Notes under the pieces: generated by a model
What the model saw: the letters and a program-made list of their open reading frames with translations, nothing else
What the model was told of the DNA's origin: nothing
Database searches by the model: none
Position numbers and translations under genes: made by a program
Part shown: piece after piece, positions 14,888 to 29,305 of the stretch
Layout: every line of letters starts with the position of its first letter
Numbering within the stretch: position 1 is the first letter of the stretch
Assembly (NCBI GenBank): GCA_951406725.2
Contig: OX597825.1
Span: 69,378,001-69,442,000, forward strand
Reading direction: 5' to 3'
From: Octopus vulgaris
Taxonomy: Eukaryota
Length of the DNA stretch: 64,000 nucleotides

Positions 14888-15356
14888 GTATTTATATATA
14901 TATATATAAGAATATATATACATATACATACATACACATGTATGACATTTGTATACACTTACACACACATATATATATATATATATGTATATATGTATAT
15001 AATTATATATATGTATACATACATTGATATATGTAGGTGTGTATACAAATGCCAAACATGTGTGTGTATGTATAGATATCCATAAATATATATACATGTA
15101 TATATATATATATAATCGCTGTGTGTGTATTAAATCACATGCTTTAGCTATTTTATATTTGTTACAGTTTGATATGGTGTGAGGTAAAAGCGGTAACACC
15201 CTCAAATACCTTAGGACTTAGGTTTTAATTGTTTGTTATCAAAGCATGCCTAGTTTGGGCTTAAAGTGCCCAATCTTAATATTATTCATTGTACACATGT
15301 TTGAGTTTTTTTAAACGTTGGAACATACACAACGTTTTTCGTCTACAAACGAACTA

Positions 15357-16879
15357 CACGTTGTTTCAAACTATTAACGAAGTAATATTTAAAAAAATTT
15401 ATTTAAAAATTACTCGTTGGAATTCAACGAAATTTCCACAGAATGACGGCAAACGTTATATGCGAATGATGTGTGAAGAATATGAGGTTCTGTAAAACAG
15501 CACAAAATCTATATTTATATATATAAATATATATATATAATTATATATATGTATATATATATATATATGTAAACAAGAAAATATACCAATTTAATTGTTT
15601 GTTGTACATACTGAAATGAACACATACAGACATAAACACAGAACATGTAGAAATAAACAAAGAAACAGCGTTCAAAAATGATAGGTGGGCTGGTTAGTAA
15701 GGGATATATTACCGTTTGTTGGAAATAACTTGGAAAAGGCACTGGTCCATGGAACATGCTAATTTCTGGGTCTCCTCTGATGTTATACCACGGGATGCAT
15801 CTAATATTGCCTTCCACAGTTCATCTTTGCTCCTATATTGGCGTCCATTCCCGTAAACTCGTCGCTTTAGAATACTCCACAAGATTTCTATTGGGTTTAT
15901 GTCGGGGGAGCATGGAGGCCACTTCTTCTTCCGAGGTTTAAAGAAGATTGATTGTTGCAGATAATCTGTTGTTTTTTCGCTGAGTGCGAGGGCATATTAT
16001 CTTGCTTGAATATTATAGTTGTCTTGAAGGTGATCCTTTGCTTTTATAACCAAGTTACAAGGTGTTCCCTCAGAAAGATTATATAAGCATCCACGGATAT
16101 TTTAACACCACCGTCAAGAACTTTCCAAGGACCAACCATAGTACCTCCAATGATAACTACCTAATTCATGGTGCCTTCTTCCCCTGTTGCCATATCAAGC
16201 GTTGATGACGATCTCCTCCATTTACAACATGCAAAATCTATGGCCATTTACCAAATTTACGTAAACTGTCACTGTAAATAAAATTTTTGTAATGTTAACC
16301 TTCATGTTATCTTCTGCCAATATCAGACTATTTTATAAGTATATTTTGTTTTAACGGATACCATCTGTTTACCGACCTTTCTCAAAACGACATGTAACAC
16401 AGTTGTTTAAACAAAGAAACAGCGTTCAAAATTCTCCTGGTAGTAAGATATATTACAACTTTGTTTAAGAAGGCACGTTGAGAACATGCGTTTGTCGGCT
16501 CCTTACGTAGTTTGTAGGGATGCAAATATTTTCCCAGATTGATGATATCTTACAATCATTTTAGATATTTCTAATGTTGATTTACTTTCTGCAAGTTCAG
16601 AAGTAATAACAGATTTTTCTTAAGCAGTTAAGTCACATTTGCTATCCATAATTACATGTTTATAAGACCACTCGTTAATAATTTGGTACTCTGAAAATTC
16701 GTGGAAATCATACAAATAACCACGGTTTGTTTGCGCTTGCACAAAACCTCACATGTTTTACACACCACGCGCATGTAACTGTTGGCATCATTCACTGGAA
16801 ACTTCATAGAATTCCAACGAGTAGTTTTTAAATAACACTTTAAAATAATGTTACGTTGTTAATATTTTGAAACGCCATG
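15357..16879 (-). mobile_element. Decayed Tc1-superfamily transposon (TRT/DD37E-like) with diverged TIRs
   Basis: TIR-like arms about 15357-15465 and 16770-16879 (actcgttggaattc / gaattccaacgagt); transposase remnant inside. Confidence 0.85.
15693..16649 (-). pseudogene. Tc1/TRT-like transposase pseudogene
   Basis: Hand translation: FKQDNMPSH ... WPPCSPDINPIEILWSILKRRVYGNGRQYRSKDELWKAIL ... QKLACSMD; D-to-E distance 113 nt (DD37E expects 114); stops and frameshifts. Confidence 0.85.
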
Positions 16880-17248
16880 ACTACTTTTGTTGTACTAAAT
16901 TACATCGTTTCCTCTTATTATAATGTGAACCAGTTCATATGTATTTTGGATAAGCGGTTTATAAATTATTTCCATCATTCACTGGAAACTTCATAGATCA
17001 GTCGCCAAAACCATTCTTGCCGTTGTCATCCTCACAATATATTTATATCTTTGTATCTACAATGCACTATGTCCTTTGTTTTTGAGATAGGACGATATGA
17101 TTTGAGGGAAATTTAGCTCTGTTTCTAACAAGATTACCGAACGCATACATACTCTACTACTTTTGTTGTACTAAATTACATCGTTTCCTCTTATTATAAT
17201 GTGAACCAGTTCATATGTATTTTGGATAAGCGGTTTATAAATTATTTC
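16880..17248 (+). repeat. ~93-bp direct duplication (16880-16972 / 17155-17248) plus a 25-bp TIR fragment copy at 16974
   Basis: actacttttgttgtactaaattacatcg...ataaattatttc present twice. Confidence 0.85.
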
Positions 17249-17518
17249 AACCAATTTTAAACTCTTGCTTAGAGATTGGGCAAATAATGTTTTCGAAGTT
17301 TTAGAACAAGATTATAAGAAACCACCAGAATTAGAATGCGAGATGAGGATATTCTTCACCTTCACGCAATAATAAATGTTGTTGGAAATCTGGTGGGTAA
17401 ATATTTAATACATTACAACAAACCTAGAGAGAACCATCCATAATGATACGAGGTGAGGACAGACTCTCGATTTGCCTAGCTTCAATTCTACCATACTTAC
17501 ATGACGACCTCGTATATA

Positions 17519-17567
<49 letters not shown>

Positions 17568-17579
17568 TTTATATATTAT

Positions 17580-17975
17580 AGGAGCAGGAGTGACTGTGTG
17601 GTAAGTGGCTTGCTTACCAACCACATGGTTCCGGGTTCAGTCCCACTGCGTAGCACCTTGGGCAAGTGTCCTCTCCTATAGCCTCGGACCGGCCAAAGCC
17701 CTGTGGGTGGATTTGGTAGACGGAAACTGAAAGAAGCCCGTCGTATATGTATGTGTGTGTGTGCTTCTGTGTCTGTGTTTGTTTCCCCAACATCGCCTGA
17801 CAACCGATGTTGGTGTATTTACGCCCCCGTAACTTGGCGGTTCGGCATAAAAGACCGATAGAATAAGTACTTGGATTACAAAGAATAAGTCCTGGGGTCG
17901 ATTTGCTCGATTAAAGGCGGTGCTCCAGCATAGCCACAGTCTCATGACTGAAACAAGTAAAGAAGAAAAGAGTAA
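17580..17975 (+). mobile_element. SINE family B, full length
   Basis: Head, internal TG microsatellite, tail ggcggtgctccagcatagccacagtctcatgactgaaacaagtaaag. Confidence 0.9.
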
Positions 17976-18481
17976 GGAGTATTAGTTAGATGCTAACACA
18001 TACAGACACACACACAGACGCACACGCATCTCTCTCTCTGTCTCTCATTCTATCTATCTATCTATTTACCTATCTACCTATATAAGTAGGTTTGGCTGTA
18101 AAGCCATGTCGTTGTTGTTGTTTGTTAGATACTAAATTAACCTTTATCTAATAGAAAGATAACTATAGAAATGCATTCGTAACCATCACATGTATAAGGC
18201 TTTCCCCAAATTCCTAGTTCTGGTTCTAGGTCTCAAATGGGCGATAGTATGTGCATATTATCACATCGAGATGATTTATATGTAGCATTAATTTATCACA
18301 GATCGAGTTGGATAGTGTCAACAGGATTAAAGGCGTGGCAATGTGAATCAACATGTCAAATCCCTCATCATTTCATTCTATCTTCTCTGTACGAAACACG
18401 ACTTACGTTTAAAGACTAAGCCGATTTCAGAGTAATAAAAAGTTTACTTTCATAAATTGTGTCTCCAGACAGACTGGATAT

Positions 18482-18910
18482 AGGCGCAGGCGTGGCTGTG
18501 TGATAAGAAGTTTGCTTCTAAACCACAAGGTTCCTTGTTCAGTCCCACTGCATGGCAACTTGGGCAAGTGTCTTCTACTATTGCCTCGAACCGACCTAGC
18601 CTTGTGAATGCATTTCCTAGACGGAAAGTGAAAAAAAGCCCGTGGTATAATATGTGTGTGTGTGTGTGTATGTATGTGTGTGTGTGCGTTTGTCTCTGTG
18701 TGTTTGTGTCTGTACTTGTCCCGTCCCCATTGCTTGACAACCAATGTTGGTGCATTTATGTTCTCGTAACTTAGCAGTCCGGCAGAAGTCCTCGATAGAA
18801 TAAATATCAGGCTTACAAATAATAAATCCTGGGGTCGATTTCTTTGATTAAAGGCGGTAATCCAACATGGCCACAATCAAATGAATACAACAAATAAAAG
18901 AATAAAAGAA
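18482..18910 (+). mobile_element. SINE family B, full length, diverged
   Basis: Same head, body and tail organisation as 17580-17975. Confidence 0.85.
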
Positions 18911-19164
18911 TAGAAGCTAATAACAGCCAAATATAAGTAGGAAACCATATGTGTAAGACGTAATTTGATGAATAAGATCCCAGTTCATTAGCTTTGTCTT
19001 AGCTCTCAGATCTTCCAGTGCTGTTGGCATAACGGATACCGAGCTTTTTGAAAATACCCTATTTCTCGCTTTTTTCATAGTTCCACTCTGGCCAACTGCT
19101 ATCGATATCATGTTGATCTTATACATCTTTCCGGTTTCCACTCCATCACGTGGTAGCATAACTC

Positions 19165-19310
19165 TTTGGCGTAATCGAAACACATGGCCAGCAAAACGTA
19201 TCCACCGCTTATTTACCCTTTCCTTCAAACTTCTCATCATTGCTCTCCTCATCATCTCTTTGTTTTTCACTCTGTCTCGACAAGAGATGCCCGTGACTGA
19301 ACACATGTAG
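19165..19310 (-). mobile_element. RTE-type LINE C-terminal fragment
   Basis: GISCRDRVKNKEMMRRA...RWIRFAGHVFRL resembles the RTE I.W.DRV.N.E...R.LRW.GHV.R motif. Confidence 0.65.
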
Positions 19311-20799
19311 TGTCGAAGTAAGAAGCCCAGCCATTGATAGGCATTCGCTGTCTTCTAAGTATTACAGGCGTATATGGCTGATGGTATATTTCAGTGATAG
19401 ATTAAACAATAATAAAATCAGAAGGATACTTCTCTTGTTAACTAATAAATAGTCATCTGTTGTTCTGAGGTCAAAATCTTGAGTATCTAGACTTTTATAT
19501 CCAATCCGCTAATACGCCTTATACAATTACAATTAAACGTTTCATCAAATCCATAAAGGTTACAATTACAAAGAGGTATTCCATTTTGTTTTGTGAGGTT
19601 TTACTTGCCATGGAAATCACTAATATATGGAGCATATATTAGTTATAGCTCATACACAACTAGACTCAACACTACCTAAGCATGTTTATATCTTTCATCT
19701 TTCATAATCATATTGTGCATATCCGAATATGTTGTGTGACACTCACTCCATCTAATATTCTTCTGATGTATTCTTTTTGATGTATTCTTCTTTCACACCG
19801 AGGAGAACGGTAATATGTAATTAATTTAATTAAAATTATAATCAAATTAATTGCTAATATTTTCCATATTCTTTTTACATGTTAATATTACCGTTATAAA
19901 AGATCGTATGCATGGATTAAAATTTTATAAAACTTTTAACATCTTCTCTTCTCCAACTTTATTTGTTTGTTGAGTTTCTCTTGATACGTGTTCTATAAAA
20001 TGCTCATAACCCATCTTATATTATATATATTCAAATAAGAGATTTTCACATTTTTAAGAGTTCCAACACATATTTTATTATTGCATATGTATGCGTAATC
20101 CGAAACACTAAATATAATTATAGAGTTTCCCTTTATTTTGACATTTAGCAATATTATGCTTAATCTCAATTTGAAAGTCTAAATCCATTTCAGCATAATA
20201 AACGTTCTGTATTTATAAAATGTGTGAGAAAGGAAGGTAGTTGTGGTCAAGGACAAAAACGAAACTAAAGGTTAGGTGAGTGTCAGCCAGGTTAACGAAT
20301 ACTCACAAATTTTAACGACATATTAAACAGCAATTAAATCTTAAAGATGCTATTCATGTTGACGTATAAGTAGCTCGGGTCAAAATTACAGATATCGTGG
20401 CTTTTAAATCTTATCGATTAAATAGATTACTTAATTATATTTAAATGCTCAGGAAAGCCGCAAAGGTTGCAATCCCAAATTCTAGTCTGACTTACTTTGT
20501 GGGTTTCTTGTGAGGAAGAAATAGCTAATACACAATGTATTGGCTGGGTGGTTGAAAAGTTCAAAGGCGAGAACGTGATTTCAGGTTCTGTCCATCTACA
20601 CGTCATGAAGGTTAGGTATCTTCGGCTGTAGCGCCGGACCGACGAATGCCTAGAAACGAGTGAATATCGTTGACAGAAACTGTGGATGTGTATCTTCTAT
20701 CTGTCATATATATCTTCTATCTTTTATTTATTTCAATCAGATTGCGGCCATGCTGGAGCACGGTCTTGAAGAATTTTAATCGAACGAATCGACCCCAGT

Positions 20800-21300
20800 A
20801 CATATCTGATATAATGATTTGGGATAGAGAAGAGAAATTGTGTACGGTTGTGGAAGTTAACTGTCAGCTGATGTTAACATAAAGCTGAAGATCAGTGAAG
20901 AAGAAAATACCTACGCTGAACTATTAAGAAGTCTACAGTTACTCTATCCAGATTACAACTTCAGGTTTATGCCTGTAGTAGTTGGGGCCCTGGGATATGT
21001 AACACACTGCCTAAATGTCAAACTTGAGAAATTAGGCTTCTGAAAACATGACAGGAGAAAACTATTTAGATTCAATCCATCACTGGGACTGTAAAAATCA
21101 GTAAAACTGTCCGGAAATTTATAATTTAAGCATATATGACCATGTCTTGATATGCTGCTATAGGCATAAGGCAACACATACAAATCTGCACATATCCATC
21201 ATTCATCCATCCATCCATCCACACATACATACAAACAAAAATACGGTGTTGTAGCTGCTGAAATTCCAATGAAGGATATAGGTTTTAAACCGACACTTTC
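20800..21300 (+). mobile_element. Non-LTR retrotransposon 3' fragment with restriction-like endonuclease (R4/NeSL group) plus 3' UTR
   Basis: DIMIWDREEKLCTVVEV...ADVNIKLKISE.ENTYAELLRSLQLLYPDYNFRFMPVVVGALG (frameshifted). Confidence 0.75.
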
Positions 21301-21337
21301 TAACCGATACTTTCTATATAGAGAAACCGACGCTTTC

Positions 21338-21463
<126 letters not shown>

Positions 21464-21464
21464 A

Positions 21465-21618
21465 TGACGGGATTCTTTCTGTTTCCGCTTACCAAATCCA
21501 CTCACAAAGCTTCGCCCGGCCCAAGATTGTCGTAGAAGACACTTGTCAAAGGTGACACGCAGTGGCACTGACTCTGGAATCATGTAATTGGGAAACAAAC
21601 TTCTTAATCACACAGCCA
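21465..21618 (-). mobile_element. SINE family B head half
   Basis: Reverse complement of ggctgtgtg...gtgagtggatttggtaagcggaaacagaaagaatcccgtc. Confidence 0.8.
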
Positions 21619-21633
21619 AGTACCTCCACGTCT

Positions 21634-21694
<61 letters not shown>

Positions 21695-21697
<3 letters not shown>

Positions 21698-22231
21698 AAA
21701 TATTGAGTTTCTAAATCTCTCGTAGAGAGGTGTACGGTGGTGGAGCGATATAATGGTTGTATACTGTCAATCTAACAAGAACGTGACAGTAGGGGTACAC
21801 CACCGTTATATAGCCCTAGAAGGCATCGAACGCCTCCTGACAGCTTCGACACATTTTATCCTGTATCCTTATATACACATACGAAGGGGAGACAAACACC
21901 CCCAACCGCCGGAACTGCATCTAGGGACACCGTGTTTCAGGATCATTGTCCTTCATCGGCCTAGAGTAGCAGACACCGGTCCAGATATCGCCAGCTGACC
22001 GGTGTCTGCTACTCTAGGCCGATGAAGGACAATGATCCTGAAACACGGTGTCCCTAGATGCAGTTCCGGCGGTTGGGGGTGTTTGTCTCCCCTTCGTATG
22101 TGTATATAAGGACACAGGATAAAATGTATCGAAGCTGTCAGGAGGCGTTCGATGCCTCCTAGGGCTATATAACGGTGGTGTACCCCCTACTGTCACGTTC
22201 TTGTTAGATTGACAGTATACAACCATTATAT
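21695..22231. mobile_element. Head-to-head inverted pair of a hammerhead-bearing Penelope-like/retrozyme-like element within (TA)n
   Basis: Arms 21748-21981 and 21997-22231 are near-identical reverse complements with a 15-bp spacer; hammerhead at 22014-22057 (+) and 21921-21964 (-). Confidence 0.85.
22014..22057 (+). ncRNA. Type I hammerhead motif, CCGAUGA core variant
   Basis: ctagg-CCGATGA-aggacaatgatcct-GAAAC-acggt-GTC-cctag; stems I and II perfect. Confidence 0.75.
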
Positions 22232-22442
22232 ATATATGTAGCTCGTCCTGTATTTGTTTTTCGTTTTCTTGTTCTTCGTTTTCCGTTTTCTTGTTTTTTG
22301 TTTTTTGGCTTTTTCCGTTTCTACGTCTTATTGTGTTGTCCTGTACTCCCGTATAATTATTTATATATGCATCTATATATACATGTAGATGTAGGTACGT
22401 ACATATATGTTTGTATGTATGCATATATTTTTATTTATCTCC

Positions 22443-22476
<34 letters not shown>

Positions 22477-23170
22477 TATAGCTTTGCGTTTTTGCTTTCC
22501 CCCACAGCTTGGCAACCGGTGCTGATATGTTTACGGGTATTTAACATAGTGAGTTGTCAAAAGGTACGGATAGAACATAGCAAACGTAAAACTTTACTAC
22601 TGGGATCGAATATCGAAGAATACGATAACCACAAAGTATACCTTTGTCTATAGACTGTTTGTGACAAATACTAATCCGATTTTGAAAGCCTAAGCCGTTT
22701 CCAGCTTAAAAAATGTTTACCGACGTAAATTCTGTTAAAACGAAAGCTAATTCTGGCGAAATATAAATACGAAACTAAATGCTGGAAGGCATGCATTTTG
22801 ATGATTGCCATCCAAGTTAATTAGTTTTCAGAAATTTCCATGATAAATGAAATAGTAACAAAATCAGAAAGGTACGGTTCTTGACCATTAAGTAGACATT
22901 TGCTGTGCTGAAACTAAAATTCGGATTCTTATCGTTTATAAATCCGATCCATTAATATGCCTTACTCGATTACATTTAAACGCATCAGAACAACGCGACA
23001 AAAGTTACCATCACTAATTATTATATGGGCTTTTAACTGTACAAATGAGCAACACACACACACACACACACATATATTCTCACATATATAGAAGCATACA
23101 TACATATGCATATATATACGTATATATATATCTATATATATCTATATACATATGTATATATATACATATG

Positions 23171-23201
<31 letters not shown>

Positions 23202-23353
23202 ATATATATACATACAGATATACATAAATATATATATACATACATATATATATACATATACATACATACACATATATATATATACACGCATATATATACA
23301 TATATATATATATATTTATATACACGCATATATATATATACATATATATATAT

Positions 23354-23870
23354 ACAGTGCGCGTAAGGTATTTGAGAACATATATTTTTGGGGTCATTGC
23401 TGCAGTTTTTGCTAAGTCTGTATAATCTTCGTTTAAGAATGGCTTACTCAAGAAATAAAGAGGCATGCAGCTATTTTGGTTATAAAGGCCGAGCATAGCG
23501 ATTTAAAAATACCTTGAATTTAAAAAGTTGCCAGATCTTCCGTCTACAAAGTTTGTAAGGAGCTAGAGAGTGAAGATGGAAGCGTATCACAAGTATCAAA
23601 GCATAAAAGCCATTCTAAACACTCTGAAATTATCAGCACAGCTGAATTTATCCAGCAAGTTCAATAGACTATTGATTACAATCCCAGAAATTCCATTAAG
23701 TCAATTGCAAAAATCTCTATGTATCAGAAAGAACAGTCAGAAATGTTGTCCACGAAGACATGAGATGTAAATCTCATGTGATGAAGAAAGGTTTGTTTGT
23801 TAGAAAAAGCAAAAGAAGATCACTCTATCGGATCTAAAAGGATCTTAAACAAACTGAGAAATCCAACAAA
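23354..23870 (+). mobile_element. Tc1/mariner (maT-like) transposon 5' remnant
   Basis: TA+CAGTG start; decayed translation [10 protein letters not shown]...KVARSSVYKVCKEL...NPRNSIKSIAK...ERTVRNVVHED..KSHVMKKG...KRILNKL (HTH region). Confidence 0.65.
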
Positions 23871-24324
23871 TCACGAATGTGATACAAGAAAACCTAACTA
23901 CATAACAATGATAAGTCTCACCTCGATACATAATGTTATATTACACACAAATATATAAGAAGGATGTAGCACATACAGGCACCGTTTGCAAGTGTGTAAG
24001 GCACCTTAATTTAGGCAATAATAAAAGTTGAAAATAAATGGAATTAAAACTAATTTCTCATTAGTTCAGTTTTCAAAAGCTCTCATGTTTTTCGAACAAA
24101 TTTCATATGATGAATGTAATTTTTGGATGTCTTCTCTAAATACATGACTAGATAGTTTAGCCATTGAAACATTGAAACAGGTATCATATGTTGATAAATG
24201 TGTAAGCATTTATTTATTACCAGGTTCTCAGAACATTTTCTCCTCTGTTTTAAGACACACACACACACACACATACAAACACAGCTGACACCGAAGTACA
24301 TCTCCAGCGTTAGAAGCTGTGCAA

Positions 24325-24885
<561 letters not shown>

Positions 24886-25811
24886 GAAGAATATGTGAAT
24901 CTAAGATTGTATAGGTAATACCGTTACCTCGTTTGGTTCCATTAATCCATCCAGTCATCTCCCTCTCTCTATGTATGTATGTATGTATGTATGTATGTAT
25001 GTATGTATGTATGTATGTATGTATGTATGTATGTATGTATGTATCTATCTATCTATCTATCTATCTATAGTGAAAATTAGTTAGATATAGATAAAGAATT
25101 CAATATGTGCAGCGCTTTCATATTCACACAATTATAACTGTTATGTACATAAGTATGTATGGCAATGTATAAGTGAGAGAAAGACAGAAAGAGTGAAAGC
25201 GAGATGGAGAGGGAAAACAAGTTCTGTGTGTGTATATGTGTGTGTGTATGTGTATGCGTGCATGTGAGTATATTTGTAATTTTGTGCGACAAAGAGTCGT
25301 TTATATCTACGTTTATAAATTACCATTGGTGATGCCAAACTGACAGTCGCCAACTGATACATTGTTACTGAAATAAACAGGAATGCATTAGAATAGATTA
25401 GAATATATCTTCGAATAAGTTCGAAGTTCTAAATCTCTAAAGTATTGGGATTATGTCGGAAGAATACATAAATTAAGAAAGGAAGATGCAGATCTCTTGG
25501 CGTCATCTCCATATATTCAACAATGTGTTTTGCACAGTTAAATATGTATAATATAGTCACTACTGAATATTGAATTCCAACTATCGGGAACGATTTATTA
25601 TGAAGTAATAATGATATATATCTCACCCAGATACATAAGAATGCTGTGTCGCCCCTATATACATAATAAATAAATATCTCACATTATATGTAACAATAGA
25701 ATATCTTCTCAATCTACATGACAATTATATATATCGGAAATGACCAGAGATGAATAGTAAGGATATATATATGTGGATGCCTGTGTGTGTATGTCTATAC
25801 GTATAGAAATA

Positions 25812-26020
25812 AGGCGGCGAGCTGGCTGAATTGTTAGCACGCCAGGCGAGATGGTTAGCAGTAATTCGTCTGTTTCAACGTTCTGAGTTCGAAATCCGCC
25901 GAGGTCGACTTTATCTTCTATCCTTTCAGGGTCGATAAATTAAGTGCCAGTGAAACACTGGTGTCGATGAAATCGACGAGTCCCCTTCCCCAAATTTCTA
26001 GCCTTGTGCAAACAGTAGAA
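25812..26020 (+). mobile_element. SINE family A
   Basis: aggcggcgagctggc...gttcgaaatccgccgaggtcgac... Confidence 0.85.
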
Positions 26021-26054
26021 AAAAACTATACGTATATAGATATTTATATGTATA

Positions 26055-26146
<92 letters not shown>

Positions 26147-26533
26147 TGAGTGTCTGTATATGTAATATATATATCTATACGTATATATGCATATCTGTAA
26201 GTATATACATATATGTGTATATCTATCTATCTATCTATCTCTATCTATCTCTCTCTCTCTATATATATATATACATATGCATACATTCATACACATGCAC
26301 ATGCATACACACATACACAAATATATTGTTGATATACTACACCCAGACACACATGAATGGCGTATCTCAGCAGTATTGTTTACAGCGATTTATCACAAAT
26401 ATAAAACAAACATATACATCTCATATCTTACTATTTATAAATAGTAATATATCTTTTGTATATATATTACAATAATACAACCGACCTAACTGCATAACAA
26501 TCGTATCTTAATAGATACTAATATCCCTCAAAG

Positions 26534-26588
<55 letters not shown>

Positions 26589-26667
26589 TATATATATATA
26601 TGTATATATACACGTATATATATATATATGTATATATATCTATATATATATATATGTATATATACAC

Positions 26668-26703
<36 letters not shown>

Positions 26704-27324
26704 TGAGCATCCTGAGTGGATGGGAAAGGCAACTTATAGACAGACACATTGCAACTCTGTAAACTATAACGTATTTTAACATTATACATGATAGTGATAT
26801 TTCCGATATCTGTACAAAATCTCAGAATATTTCACGTACCCATAGATCCATTTTAAATCACCAGTGAAAATATGCCAGTGGTATATCTCACCAATGTATA
26901 TATGAACAATGATACAAGAAAACCTAACTACATTACAGTGATACTTCTCACCTCGATACATAATGATATATTACACAGAGATATATAACAAGGATGTAAC
27001 ACATACAGGCAACGTTTGCAAGTGTGTAAGGCACTTTAATTTAGGAAATAATAAAAGTAGAAATTAAATGGAATTAAACAAAACTAATTTTTCATTTATT
27101 CAGTTTTCAATATTTCTTGTTTTTCGAACAAATTTCATATGATGAATGTAATTTTTGGATGTCTTCTCTAATTGCATGACTAGACAGTTTAGCCATTGGA
27201 ATATTGAAACTGGTATCATATGTTGATAAAACTGTAAACATATTTCTCCGTTTATTTATTCCACGTTTTCCAGAACATTTTCTCTTCTGTTTTAACACAC
27301 ACACACACACACAAATATGTACGT

Positions 27325-27515
27325 GTGTGTGTCGTTGGCGATTTTCTTTCTCCGTCTACCCTTCCTTGGACTTTTCCTTTTTCTATGTTACTGACAAAGA
27401 GGTCCACTCGAAACGTTAAATCCTCCTTCTTTCTTTCCTATCCTGAGCGTCCAAAAACACTATACTTGTTCCACGTCCTTGCATTGTTGTGTTTTCCTTT
27501 ATTCATGTTTGGATA

Positions 27516-27518
<3 letters not shown>
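27325..27518 (+). mobile_element. Penelope-like 3' fragment with decayed minimal hammerhead (27387-27421), ending in (TA)n
   Basis: gtta-CTGACAA-agaggtccactc-GAAAC-GTT-aaat; the tail cctgagcgtccaa...ttccacgtcct...ggataaacta also occurs in reverse at 51850-51940. Confidence 0.7.
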
Positions 27519-27562
<44 letters not shown>

Positions 27563-27566
<4 letters not shown>

Positions 27567-27863
27567 CGTGACCACCGTGATCGACTAAGCTATCAGATGT
27601 TGCTACACATCGCTGGTCACAATGCGCTTTGCATTATTTTAGCCTTCAAATGACGCCACCCTGGTGGCTAAGCGAGCAGACCAACAGAAGAAAGAGTGAG
27701 GGAAGGTTGTGGCGAAGGAGTACAGCAGGGATCGCCACCACCCTCTGCCGGAGCCTCGTGGAGCTTTAGGTGTTTTCACTCAATAAACACTCACAACATT
27801 TGGTCTAGGAATCGAAACCGCGATCCTACGACCGCGAGTCAGCTGCCCTAACCACTGGGCCAT
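27563..27863 (-). mobile_element. SINE family C variant inserted in (TA)n
   Basis: Head tggcccagtggttagggcagctgactcgcggtcgtaggatcgcggtttcgattcc shared with 1057-1441, different tail. Confidence 0.85.
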
Positions 27864-28503
27864 ATATATATATATATATATATATTACATTTATCTAACT
27901 ACTACCGTCACTGTCTCTCTCTCTCTACACACACACAAAGACACACACGCACACGCGCATGCACGACCGCACACGCAGATACACATATCACAACAAATCA
28001 TATCTACATGCGCAAACAGTTGTTAACCTGCCGGTTTGTCACGGAGTCAATGTGTCACCTTTGTTTATGAGTTTCGAATCCGTTATTTAATTAGGGTTTT
28101 ATAGATTTCGTGCAAAACGAACATTTGCCAGTATACATAAATACATAATTAAATTAGTTATAAAACCTAAATATCTTGTCCAAATAAAAATAATAAAATA
28201 CGGCAGGATCTTGTAAACATGATAATAAAATGCAATGGATCATAGGGTAAAAACGATATTGAAAAAGAAATCACGAGATTGCAGGCACAACATTCCTGTA
28301 TAATGATAGTTTCCCAGTTACGGGTTTAATAAAATCCGTAGTTACGACATGGACACTTCGATAAAAATATGCTTTTATTGATATGCTTACTCCACAACTA
28401 AAGATGTTTGGTAGTAATGTACATCATATGAGGTTCTGGAATAATTCCTCTCTGTACTGAGAGAAAAGAATAGTCATATTAGCAATAAAGTATATTCAGA
28501 AAA

Positions 28504-29305
28504 TCTATATATATAAAAGTGAAGTTGTGTGAGTGTCTGTCTCCTACGATTTAGATTCCTAACTACTCCCACATTTTGCGGTGCAGTTTAACCAAATTCG
28601 GGTATCTTATAGTCGTAATTCATATCGAGCCCGTCTGGGTATTAGCGCGCGTCTACGATGAGTCTACGATTTTAAAAATAATTTAACATCATTTTTTTCC
28701 ATTTCTTCCAATTTTTTCGTGTGTCGATGGCGGCGGAGTTGGCGTCCATGCTCACTCCTGCATCTGTGTTGCTTCTCCCCCTTCTTCCCTCCTTCGTGAA
28801 GCTGTGGGGAAGGGAGTGTAAGGAAATCAACGTCGTAAAGCGTTGTCAAGGAGACCAGCGTTCTTTTAGAACAACGACTTCGTGGCTTGAAGACACCAAA
28901 ACAGAAATGGCTAAGAAAGCCCGAAAGCAAATTCGTCTGTCTCCTACGATTTAGATTCCTAACTACTCCCACATTTTGCGGTGCAGTTTAACCAAAACCG
29001 GGTATCTTATAGTCGTGATTCATATCGAGCCCTTCTGGGTATTAGCGCGCGTCTACGACGAGTCTACGATTTAAAAAAAAATTTACCATCATTTTTTCCA
29101 TTTCAATGCATTTTTTCGCTATTATATAAGGGAAGTAACTCTCTAAAAATGTCTACGATGAGTCAACGATTTAAAAAAAAAATTACCATAATTTTTTATT
29201 CCATTTTTAATGCATTTTTTTGCTATTTTTTTGCTATAACTCACTAAAAATGCTTATATAGTTATTTCCCTTACAAACCCGAGCAACGCCGGGCGATACT
29301 GCTAG
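28504..29305 (+). mobile_element. Non-autonomous Helitron
   Basis: A|TCtatatatataaaa 5' end; subterminal hairpin cccgagcaacgccggg then CTAG|T; no TSD; internal ~165-bp duplication (28536/28935). Confidence 0.9.

Noticed and set aside
21245-21305. Possible ribozyme remnant in the RLE-LINE 3' UTR (ccaatgaagg...aaaccg)
   Set aside because: Too degenerate in this copy to support a fold
28664-29247. ORFs inside the Helitron
   Set aside because: No Rep or helicase motifs; the element is non-autonomous
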